Shown: piece after piece, positions 8,946 through 17,179 of the stretch | Layout: each line of letters opens with the position of its first letter | How positions within the stretch are numbered: position 1 is the first letter of the stretch | Assembly (NCBI GenBank): GCA_015233675.1 | Contig: JADFXH010000003.1 | Span: 89,279-153,278, forward strand | DNA length: 64,000 nt | Reading direction: 5' to 3' | Source: Candidatus Omnitrophota bacterium | Lineage (GTDB): Bacteria; Omnitrophota; Gorgyraeia; Zapsychrales; Fredricksoniimonadaceae | The notes under the pieces: generated by a model | What the model was told of the DNA's origin: nothing | Database searches by the model: none | The model's input: only the letters and a program-made list of their open reading frames with translations | Program-made: the position numbers and the translations under genes

Positions 8946-9098
8946 CCCCGCTTTCGCGGGGATGACGTAATAGATTCTGGGATGACGTAATAGATTCTGG
9001 GATGACGTAATAGATTCTGGGATGACGTAATAGATTTGGGTATGACGTAATAGATTCTGGGATGACGTAATAGATTCTGGGATGACAGAATAGATTTT
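8946..9098. repeat. REP-like hairpin followed by a 7-unit 20-bp tandem array
   Basis: Hairpin CCCCGC-tttc-GCGGGG (8946-8961). The unit gggatgacgtaatagattct then repeats head-to-tail from 8959 to 9098, with variants in units 4, 5 and 7. Lies between the convergent genes mnmE and the CvpA-like gene. Confidence 0.9.
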
Positions 9099-9102
9099 GT
9101 TA

Positions 9103-9801
9103 TTAATTAGCGGTTTTCTGCTGCGCTTGGCTTTTGTAGACAGCCATGACTTTTTTCATTGTTGCGGGGTCGCTCATGATTTGCTGGGTTAATTCCATCA
9201 TTTTGGGGTTGCGCATCAGTTTCACAAGGTCATGGTCTTCGATTTCTTTTTGGATTTCAGGGTCCTGCAGGATTTTTTGGAAACGGGGATCTTCTGCTAA
9301 TGTTTTTGTGTCAGGGGTTGGGGAACTTGTGTTTACAGAGGGGCTGTTTTTTAAGGGAGCAAAAAGAACATCTTCAAAGGGTTTAGAGAGAATGTAAGAC
9401 GCGGACTGCAGCACATCATTGTGTACGGCGGTCAATGTTTTTCCTGCAGGCGGTATTACAGACAATAGGATTAAGGATAAGATAATAAACACCCATCCCC
9501 AGATCAAAGTCAGGATGGACCCTGCCAGGCGGCTTAGGACAGTTGGTTTTATATCTGTATTGGTGATATCTGTCCACGTTTTTAGAAGAAATTTTAAAAG
9601 CAGATGCAAAAGTAAAGGGCCGATCAGTCCTATGGCCAGGCTTACTATCATGTTCTTGGTGCTTTGATAATAAATGATGCTGATGATAGTGGCAACTATA
9701 ATAGAGAAAGGACCTAATAGGGATTGCACAAAACCGCGTGAGGCCCCGCGGCTAAGCAAGAATAAACTTAGAAAAAATGTGATAAAGTCTGTTATAGCCA
9801 T
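9103..9801 (-). CDS. CvpA-family membrane protein with a charged helical C-terminal extension
   Basis: 232 aa. The N-terminus MAITDFITFFLSLFLLSRGASRGFVQSLLGPFSIIVA plus 4 hydrophobic segments fits CvpA. The C-terminal ~70 aa are soluble and repetitive (DPRFQKILQDPEIQKEIEDHDLVKLMRNPKMMELTQQIMSDPATMKKVM). Confidence 0.55.
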   Translation of the reverse strand: MAITDFITFFLSLFLLSRGASRGFVQSLLGPFSIIVATIISIIYYQSTKNMIVSLAIGLIGPLLLHLLLKFLLKTWTDITNTDIKPTVLSRLAGSILTLIWGWVFIILSLILLSVIPPAGKTLTAVHNDVLQSASYILSKPFEDVLFAPLKNSPSVNTSSPTPDTKTLAEDPRFQKILQDPEIQKEIEDHDLVKLMRNPKMMELTQQIMSDPATMKKVMAVYKSQAQQKTAN

Positions 9802-10005
9802 TTAATGTTCTGTCACAAAGCGCAGCTGTGCAAGATAATAGATAATAAGGAACACGCAATAGGCCAGAGGAATGATAAAACAGGCCTTGATGATCCATGG
9901 AAAACTTAGCTTAAGTTTAGACTTAGCTAATTTTTCCTTGATTTTGTTGTATTCTTCTATGGAAAGTTGCTTAGCTTTTTGGGAATTTTTAGTATTTTGC
10001 AACAT
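9802..10005 (-). CDS. Small single-pass membrane protein (hypothetical)
   Basis: 67 aa with a Lys-rich N-terminus then one TM segment (WIIKACFIIPLAYCVFLIIYYL). Its TAA stop abuts the ATG of the CvpA-like gene (9801/9802). Confidence 0.4.
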   Translation of the reverse strand: MLQNTKNSQKAKQLSIEEYNKIKEKLAKSKLKLSFPWIIKACFIIPLAYCVFLIIYYLAQLRFVTEH

Positions 10006-10330
10006 ATTGACGATAGTATAACATTGGTGTAAATAGGCTGCAATAAAAAGTAGACAAATTTTTACCTGATTTGGAGGAATTGGGTTAAAACATTGCCATT
10101 TTTAAGGTTTGGGCTATAATTTTGAGAGAAAGTTAATTGATCCTTTAGATGTTATTTATTTATAAATTTTTAATTAAAATTCGTTTTGTTTCATAAGTCT
10201 ATTGTTCTTCGTATTTTATGGTATTAAATAATTTCCTATTTTGATTTGATTTTTAGTAAATATGGTTTAAACTATTACTAGAGAAAGCGTTTTCATCTTG
10301 TAATCCTATATTAATCATAAACAATAAGGT

Positions 10331-10687
10331 ATGTGTATGAGTGCTGTTGTTAATCAACGTTCCGAACCCAGGCATAATTGTTTTGTTCCCATAGAAGGGA
10401 AAGACGGTTGCGAATTTGATCAAACAAAAACATTTGATATAAGCCGGCATGGGATTGGATTTCTTTCTTCGCATCCTATTGGCTTAAACCAGAAAATAGC
10501 TCTGGAAATTGTTCTAAAACCAAACACAGAGCCTGTTATGGTTATTGGGGTTGTGAAATGGGTGCGTAAGCTCGGAGTCTTGGAGCAATACCGTGTTGGC
10601 ATGGTTTTTTCAGAAATTATTTCAGGATCTCCCACTCGTCTGGATAAATATTTTAATTCAAAACGATGGGAAAGTAGTAGCTTTTGA
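10331..10687 (+). CDS. PilZ-domain protein (c-di-GMP receptor candidate)
   Basis: 118 aa. RxxxR motif (RSEPR) and D/NxSxxG motif (DISRHG) at PilZ-typical spacing. Confidence 0.7.
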   Translation: MCMSAVVNQRSEPRHNCFVPIEGKDGCEFDQTKTFDISRHGIGFLSSHPIGLNQKIALEIVLKPNTEPVMVIGVVKWVRKLGVLEQYRVGMVFSEIISGSPTRLDKYFNSKRWESSSF

Positions 10688-10708
10688 TCAAATGGATGGT
10701 GATCAGCT

Positions 10709-11059
10709 ATGTCAACGGCCGTAGAGACTACAGATGATCGAAGGGTATTTGAGCGGTTTTCAGCCCGTTTTCCTGTAAAGTTTAAGGACGCGCGTGAGGA
10801 TTACGGAACTGATGTGTTTTTACGTGACGCTTCCGCCGAAGGTGTGCGTATTTTAACTAAGGAACGATTCTTTTTAGATGATCAGCTTGCTTTGGAAGTC
10901 GAATTACCGGATGGCGGGGAACCGATGGTTTTAAGCGGTCGTGTAAGGTGGGTAAAATTCTTGGATTTATCTTTGTGGGACATAGGAGTTCAATTCCCTC
11001 AGGTGAAATTTCTAAAAATGCAACGTCTTTTTAAACTCACCGAAAATAGCGCCTTGTAA
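10709..11059 (+). CDS. PilZ-domain protein (c-di-GMP receptor candidate)
   Basis: 116 aa. RxxxR (RVFER) and DxSxxG (DASAEG) motifs. Paralogue of the preceding gene. Confidence 0.7.
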   Translation: MSTAVETTDDRRVFERFSARFPVKFKDAREDYGTDVFLRDASAEGVRILTKERFFLDDQLALEVELPDGGEPMVLSGRVRWVKFLDLSLWDIGVQFPQVKFLKMQRLFKLTENSAL

Positions 11060-11077
11060 ACACCAGCCAAAAGTTTT

Positions 11078-13780
11078 ATGTCCACTGATTTGTTTTATAA
11101 ATATCTAGCTGATGGAGTGAGTTTCTCCTCAAAGCAAGCGGCTGCCATCAGGACCATCTACGCGCCTTTATGCGGCACAGATGCCTCGAGTATTAAGTCT
11201 GCCATTACCCCTTTTTTAAGCGGGGACATTAAAATTGATAAATTTCATTATCTGACTAAACCTGCATCCCGCGAAGATTTGCGCGGCCCTTTGCGGGAAT
11301 TCTTTGTTTTTATAAAAGACAAAGGGGTTTTTAGCTTATCTCAGGAGTCTTCACCTGACTCAGCATCCGTCGAGATTGGGCCTCTGTGGCATAAACTCAG
11401 GCGTATTCATAAGGCGGCCGGACTGGAATTAACCGCAGTTAATTTTATTCCTGTCAGCGGTGAAAACGTTGAGCTGATGCAGGTGACAGTCAAAAATATT
11501 TCAAAAAAACCGGTCACATTTACGCCGACTTGCGCCATTGCCCTTTTTGGCCGTTCAAGAGACAACAAACATGACCATGAACATGTGACTGCTCTTTTAA
11601 ACCGGGTCAAGCAAATGCCTTTGGGCGTGATGATGCGGGCAACCATGGCTTTTAATGAAGAAGGCCATAAGACAAGCAATGCTGTTTATTATGTGTACGG
11701 CTGTCAGGACAAATCCGGCGGCGTTACGGGCTCTTTCCCCACAGTGGATAGTTTTTATGGCGACGGAGGTTCTTTGTTGTGTCCTGAGGCAGTCTTTGAA
11801 AATCGAAAACCGGTCATGCTGGGAATGCAGGCCATTAACGGCAAAGAAGTGACGGGAGCATTGCGTTTTAAAGAAACTTCTCTTAAGCCAGGGGAAAGCC
11901 GGTCTTTTGTGGTGGCCGTAGGTTTTGGGGCCGATGAAGTCCAAACTAAAGAAAATTTCAGCCATTTTAATTCTGTCGAGAAATTTAACAGGGCTTTAGA
12001 GGCAAATAAAAAATATTGGTCCGATAAGATTTCTGCCATTATGTTTAACACAAGTGATGAAAATTTTAATTCCTGGATGCGATGGGTCACCCTTCAGCCG
12101 GTTTTGCGCCGTATTTTTGGCTGTTCGTTTTTACCGGACCATGATTATGGCAGGGGTGGAAGAGGCTGGAGGGATATTTGGCAGGACCTTCTTTCGCTGA
12201 TACTCATTGAGCCTCACTTGGTCCGCCAGGATTTGATCAATAATTGCGCAGGTATTCGTATTGATGGCAGCAATGCCACCATCATTGGCGGCGGGGCCGG
12301 TGAATTTTTGGCGGACCGCAATGCCATTACTCGTGTGTGGATGGACCATGGGGCATGGCCTTTTTTGACCTTGCTGCTTTATATCGATCAAAGCGGCGAT
12401 TTTGATATTTTGCTGTATAAGCAAAGTTATTTCAGGGACCCGCAATTATCACGAACACAGAAGAAAGATATAGGCTGGGTCAGCCAGTACGGCAACAAGT
12501 TGCTGGATAAAAAAGGACACGTGTATGAAGGGACCATCATAGAACATTTGCTGGTGCAGCATTTGACCCAATTTTTTAATGTCGGGGAACACAATATCAT
12601 CCGCTTGGAAAGCGCTGACTGGAATGATGGTTTGGATATGGCATATTCCAAGGGCGAATCGGTGGCGTTTTCCTGCCTATATGGCGGGAATTTATTAAAG
12701 ATCGCGGATCTTCTTGAAAGCATGGCCGCCATCAAAGGGATAGATAAAATAAGGTTGGCAAAAGAGCTTTTGATCTTACTGGATACTATAGGTGAAAAAG
12801 TCAATTATGAGGATTATCAGTCCAAACACAATCATTTGTTTGGTAAATATTTTCATCGTGTGCAACCTGCCTTAAGCGGGGACACGGTTGAGGTGCCTGT
12901 TAAAGACCTGATAAACGATTTACGAATCAAGGGCCATTGGATATTCGCGCATATTCGTCGTCAGGAAAAAGTCCAATTTAAAGAGGGGGCCAAGACCTAC
13001 AAGTGGTTTAACGGGTACTATGATAATAAAGCCCGCTGTGTGGAAGGTTTTAAAGACAATAAAGTACGCATGACATTGACGGGGCAGGTGTTTTCTGTCA
13101 TGAGCGGGATGGCTTCTGGCAAAGAAGTTGAGGATATCATTAGCAGCGTTGACAAATATTTGAAAGACAAAAAATTAGGAGGCTATCGCCTGAATACGGA
13201 TTTTGGGGTTAGCCATTACCTGGATCTGGGCAGGGCTTTTGGATTTGCCTATGGGACTAAAGAAAATGGGGCTTTTTTTAGCCACATGAGCGTCATGTAC
13301 GCCGCGGCGCTTTATCAGCGCGGGTTTGCGCGGGCAGGTTATAAGGTGCTGCAATCCATTTATCGCATGGCTATCGACGGGGGCCGCAGCAAAATTTATC
13401 CGGGGATCCCGGAATATTTTGACTCAGAGGGCCGCGGCATGTATCATTATTTAACCGGTTCTGCCAGCTGGTTGGTTTTGACCCAGCTAAACCATGCTTT
13501 TGGCGTGCGTGGGTTTAGCGGAGATTTAATGCTGGCTCCTCAACTGGTCAAAGAAGAGTTTAATAAAAAGGGCATTGCCTCGGTATCCTGCCAATTTGCC
13601 GGCAGCCGGCTGACAGTTGAATACCATAATCCGAAAAAGTTAGACGCAGGTCATTATGCAATCAAGGATGTTTTGATAGACGGAAAATCTCCGGCCTTCA
13701 AGCGCACAGCTCAGGATAAAGTCACCATCCAAAGAGCCCTCATCGCCAAAGACGCTCTCATTAAAGTAACTCTTGGGTAA
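11078..13780 (+). CDS. GH94-like (alpha/alpha)6 glycoside phosphorylase/hydrolase (cellobiose-phosphorylase-like)
   Basis: 900 aa. GRGGRGWRDIWQD and ESADWNDGLDM resemble the catalytic-region motifs of GH94 phosphorylases (..DWND..). Size and context (sugar ABC system downstream) fit. Substrate unknown. Confidence 0.55.
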   Translation: MSTDLFYKYLADGVSFSSKQAAAIRTIYAPLCGTDASSIKSAITPFLSGDIKIDKFHYLTKPASREDLRGPLREFFVFIKDKGVFSLSQESSPDSASVEIGPLWHKLRRIHKAAGLELTAVNFIPVSGENVELMQVTVKNISKKPVTFTPTCAIALFGRSRDNKHDHEHVTALLNRVKQMPLGVMMRATMAFNEEGHKTSNAVYYVYGCQDKSGGVTGSFPTVDSFYGDGGSLLCPEAVFENRKPVMLGMQAINGKEVTGALRFKETSLKPGESRSFVVAVGFGADEVQTKENFSHFNSVEKFNRALEANKKYWSDKISAIMFNTSDENFNSWMRWVTLQPVLRRIFGCSFLPDHDYGRGGRGWRDIWQDLLSLILIEPHLVRQDLINNCAGIRIDGSNATIIGGGAGEFLADRNAITRVWMDHGAWPFLTLLLYIDQSGDFDILLYKQSYFRDPQLSRTQKKDIGWVSQYGNKLLDKKGHVYEGTIIEHLLVQHLTQFFNVGEHNIIRLESADWNDGLDMAYSKGESVAFSCLYGGNLLKIADLLESMAAIKGIDKIRLAKELLILLDTIGEKVNYEDYQSKHNHLFGKYFHRVQPALSGDTVEVPVKDLINDLRIKGHWIFAHIRRQEKVQFKEGAKTYKWFNGYYDNKARCVEGFKDNKVRMTLTGQVFSVMSGMASGKEVEDIISSVDKYLKDKKLGGYRLNTDFGVSHYLDLGRAFGFAYGTKENGAFFSHMSVMYAAALYQRGFARAGYKVLQSIYRMAIDGGRSKIYPGIPEYFDSEGRGMYHYLTGSASWLVLTQLNHAFGVRGFSGDLMLAPQLVKEEFNKKGIASVSCQFAGSRLTVEYHNPKKLDAGHYAIKDVLIDGKSPAFKRTAQDKVTIQRALIAKDALIKVTLG

Positions 13781-13823
13781 GAATGACAAGTAGCTATGTG
13801 TTTCCTGCATGAGGCCTAAGAAA

Positions 13824-14021
13824 CTGCAAACCAGGGAAGTATGGACAGCTATTATGTATTCGGCACGGGAATATTTTCGCCGTCTGCTACGGTGTACAGT
13901 TTGGATGCTATCGCGATAAGGCATACGCGGCATCCAAGCTGTAAAGCCTTGCAGACTTTTGGCGAAAAATTCCCAAATGTGCCGAATACATAATAGCTGT
14001 CCATGCTTCCCGCGATTGCAG
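13824..14021 (+). repeat. Long-hairpin intergenic element, copy B (family 1, subfamily with TATCGCGATA apical module)
   Basis: Arms ctgcaa..gggaagtatggacagctattatgtattcggcac / gtgccgaatacataatagctgtccatgcttccc..ttgcag. Same core (gaatattttcgccgtctgc / gcagacttttggcgaaaaattc). A different apex: tacagtttggatgc-tatcgcgataaggcatacgc-ggcatccaagctgta. Confidence 0.9.
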
Positions 14022-14131
14022 ACCGATGGCTTTTTTTCATTTGACCAACACTCTCGTCTGTGTTAAATTTTGGGTTCATGTAGTTGTGCCTTTTTACCGG
14101 GAATTAGGTATTTTTTAATTATGGAGAATGG

Positions 14132-15418
14132 ATGCACAAATTACTGACATTGTGTTCCTGTTTAATCCTGGTTGTTTTCGCTGGATGCTCCCAGCCTCCC
14201 CAGCCAAGTAATAAAATCCTGCTTTGGCATTGGATGACCGACCGTGACGGCACCTTTCAAAAACTCGCGCAACAGTATCAAAAGGAAACCGGAGTTGAAG
14301 TTACCATCCAGCTTTTTGCTCCTTCAGATTCTTATTCCCAGAAAATAATTGCCGCCGCACAAGCTAATGTTCTGCCGGATATTTATGGTATTCTTGATAA
14401 AAAATTTATAGTAGCGGATTTTATTAAAGCAGGATTGGTCACTGATCTAACTGATGAAATGAACGCCAATGACACAGCGTGGGCAAAGAGCTTGTTTGAT
14501 AAAGCCTTGGCGGACAATCGTTTTGAGGCAGGGAATACTTATGGGATAAAGCCCGGCATTTACGGCGTTCCTATTGATGTGACTAATGAGCAAATGCTTT
14601 ATAATAAAAAGCTTTTGGCTAAGGCCGGCATTACAACTGTTCCTCGAACTTATAAAGAGTTTATCATGGACTCTCAAGCCCTCAAACGTGTGGGGATCAC
14701 ACCTTTTGTCTCCGGTTGGGGTGAGCTGTGGATGCTTAATTGTTTTTCCTCCAATTATGCTTTTAATATTATGGGAGAAGAAAAAGTTTTTGCGACTTAC
14801 CGCGGGCAAGTCAAATATACGGACCCTGATTGGATAAAAGTTTTAAAAATATTTGCCGATTTGCGTGATAAAGGTGTTCTTATAGACGGAATTGTGACCA
14901 AGGGTAATAAATATGCCGAGCAGGATTTTGCTCTGGAGCGGGCGGCTTTTGCCTTTAACGGTTCATGGTGTGTCAATGTCTATCATGATATGAACCCGAA
15001 TTTGGATTATGGAGTATTTTCACCTGCGCCTATCAGCACGGAGTACCCGCTGAAGATTTGGGGAGGGGCCGGCTCTTCTTTTGTGGTTAACGCCGGTTCA
15101 CCCAATAAAGATAAAGCCATCGCCTTTTTGAAATGGCTGACAGCTAAAAAACAGCAAGTGGTATTGGCCCGGGAAACTAACAATTTGCCTTCCAACAGGG
15201 AAGCGTTATCGGCAGTGTCTGTGATATTGGCAGAATTTTCCATGGGCATGGACCAATCAACACATCCGTCCATATGGCCAGTGAACGAAGACCCGCTAGT
15301 CCTTGAAGCCTTTGAGAAGGGTATTCAGGCCATCATCATCGGCGAGAAAACCCCGGAGCAGGTGGGGCAGGACGTACAGAAGGTCAAGGACCGTCAGATG
15401 GCTGCGAAGAGGAATTAA
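14132..15418 (+). CDS. Sugar ABC transporter substrate-binding lipoprotein
   Basis: 428 aa. Signal peptide with lipobox LVVFAG/C. Family-1 extracellular solute-binding protein features. Followed by two permease genes. Confidence 0.8.
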   Translation: MHKLLTLCSCLILVVFAGCSQPPQPSNKILLWHWMTDRDGTFQKLAQQYQKETGVEVTIQLFAPSDSYSQKIIAAAQANVLPDIYGILDKKFIVADFIKAGLVTDLTDEMNANDTAWAKSLFDKALADNRFEAGNTYGIKPGIYGVPIDVTNEQMLYNKKLLAKAGITTVPRTYKEFIMDSQALKRVGITPFVSGWGELWMLNCFSSNYAFNIMGEEKVFATYRGQVKYTDPDWIKVLKIFADLRDKGVLIDGIVTKGNKYAEQDFALERAAFAFNGSWCVNVYHDMNPNLDYGVFSPAPISTEYPLKIWGGAGSSFVVNAGSPNKDKAIAFLKWLTAKKQQVVLARETNNLPSNREALSAVSVILAEFSMGMDQSTHPSIWPVNEDPLVLEAFEKGIQAIIIGEKTPEQVGQDVQKVKDRQMAAKRN

Positions 15419-15422
15419 CAGG

Positions 15423-16337
15423 ATGAACTCAAAAGCTAAAGCACAGGCAATTTTTAAGGACAATTTACAGAGTTTCTTTTTTATCCTTCCTGCTTTTGCT
15501 ATTTTTTGCGTTTTTTATATTTATCCTTTTTTGAACATGATTTTTTTGTCTTTCCACGAGTGGAGAGGGATAGGGCCAATGCATTTTATTGGTTTGCAGA
15601 ACTATAAAGAATTAATGGGAGACAATCTCTGGTGGGACTCCATGGTGCATGCCGGGTATATTACACTGATTGCCCTTACTTTCCAGAACGCTTTGGCCTT
15701 TGCTTTGGCTTTAGCTTGTGACCGGGAAATCCGTATGAAACGTTTTTACCGTGTCGTTTTTTTTATTCCGCCAGTCCTATCCGAAGTGGTGGTCGGGCTT
15801 GTCTGGAATTGGATTTTGAATCCCGAAATGCAAAACGGTCAGAATATCGGATTTTTAAATCATCTTTTATATACTTCAGGATTTCCCCAGATGGTTCACA
15901 ACTGGCTGGGGGACCCTAAAACAGCGCTGACAGTCATTGCTATCGTACACAGCTGGAAAGGATTTGGATGGGGTTTTATTATGCTGTTGGCGGGATTACA
16001 GACTATCGATAAACAGTTTTACGAAGCGGCCAAGGTGGACGGTGCTAATGCCTGGGAAACTTTTACGAATGTCACCATACCTATGATGCTGCCGGTGATA
16101 ACAGTGGTGGTGATTTTGACCATTTTGGGATCCATGCAAGTTTTTGTTTTAATCCTTTCTATGGTTAATGAGGGATTGGTTAATCATACGGATGTGCCGG
16201 TGACCCGTATCCTGTCATCTATGACGGAGACTAATCGTTTTGGCTACGCATGCGCAGAGGCGGTTATTTTTGGGATGATCCTCGTAGGTGTTTCTTTTAT
16301 CATGAAGAAATTATCTGATAAGGTAAAGCAGGCATGA
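15423..16337 (+). CDS. Sugar ABC transporter permease (MalF/UgpA-like)
   Basis: The track ORF starts at 15303 inside the binding-protein gene. The ATG at 15423 (MNSKAKAQAIF...), just after that gene's stop, is the sensible start. Six TM segments and EAA loop EAAKVDGANAWETFTNVTIPMM. Confidence 0.8.
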   Translation: MNSKAKAQAIFKDNLQSFFFILPAFAIFCVFYIYPFLNMIFLSFHEWRGIGPMHFIGLQNYKELMGDNLWWDSMVHAGYITLIALTFQNALAFALALACDREIRMKRFYRVVFFIPPVLSEVVVGLVWNWILNPEMQNGQNIGFLNHLLYTSGFPQMVHNWLGDPKTALTVIAIVHSWKGFGWGFIMLLAGLQTIDKQFYEAAKVDGANAWETFTNVTIPMMLPVITVVVILTILGSMQVFVLILSMVNEGLVNHTDVPVTRILSSMTETNRFGYACAEAVIFGMILVGVSFIMKKLSDKVKQA

Positions 16338-17179
16338 GAACGAACAAATATATTCTTTGGGGCATGACACAGTCAACTCTCATTCATGTTTTTTTGATGA
16401 GCGTTGCCATGACTTGTTTGTTTCCTATATTCTGGATGGTGAGGTGTGCTTTCATGACTAATGAAACTATTTTTGTCGACAAGGCGATCATCCCTCAGCA
16501 TTTAAATTTTAATAATTTTGCCATAGCATGGACAAAGGGAAATTTTGCCGTTTATTTTTTTAATAGCGCTATTTATACGGTGTGTGTCGTTTTAGGCATT
16601 GTTTTGATTGCCTCACTGGCTGCTTTTGCATTTTCGCGATTAAAATTTCCCGGCAAAGATATCATTTTTTATATGTTTGTGGCGGCAATGATGATTCCTT
16701 TGCCGGGGTCTTTTGTGGCCTTATTTGTGTTGATGAACAAATTACATTTGACCAATACCCGTTTTGGTTATATTTTGTGCATGATCAATGTTGGGCTTTC
16801 GATGAGCATTTTATTATTGAAGACCTTTTTTGATAAAATGCCCCGTGAGTTGGAAGATGCCGCGCGGATTGATGGCTGCGGTAAAATAAGTATTTGGTGG
16901 CATGTGGCTTTGCCGTTGGCGCGTCCGGCCATTGCCGTTATTGTCATATTTAATTCACTTAGCGTGTGGAATGAGTATATCCTGGCTACTTTACTATTAG
17001 GGGATTCTCAACTGATGCCGTTGCAAAGAGGGCTTATGGTTTTTCAGGGCGCGAATAGTACAGACTATCCGGTTTTGATGGCAGGCCTGACTATGGCGGC
17101 GATACCCATTATTGTGGTATACTTATGTATGCAAAAACATATTGTCAAAGGACTATCTTCAGGTTCGGTGGTGGGCTAA
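16334..17179 (+). CDS. Sugar ABC transporter permease (MalG/UgpE-like)
   Basis: 281 aa. ATGA overlap with the upstream permease. EAA loop EDAARIDGCGKISIWWHVALPLARP. Confidence 0.8.
   Translation: MRTNKYILWGMTQSTLIHVFLMSVAMTCLFPIFWMVRCAFMTNETIFVDKAIIPQHLNFNNFAIAWTKGNFAVYFFNSAIYTVCVVLGIVLIASLAAFAFSRLKFPGKDIIFYMFVAAMMIPLPGSFVALFVLMNKLHLTNTRFGYILCMINVGLSMSILLLKTFFDKMPRELEDAARIDGCGKISIWWHVALPLARPAIAVIVIFNSLSVWNEYILATLLLGDSQLMPLQRGLMVFQGANSTDYPVLMAGLTMAAIPIIVVYLCMQKHIVKGLSSGSVVG

Noticed and set aside
8959-9098. The tandem 20-bp array (and the 23-bp array at 46966-47044) as possible CRISPR arrays.
   Set aside because: The units are directly abutting with no unique spacers, are far shorter than CRISPR repeat-spacer periods, and no cas genes are present.
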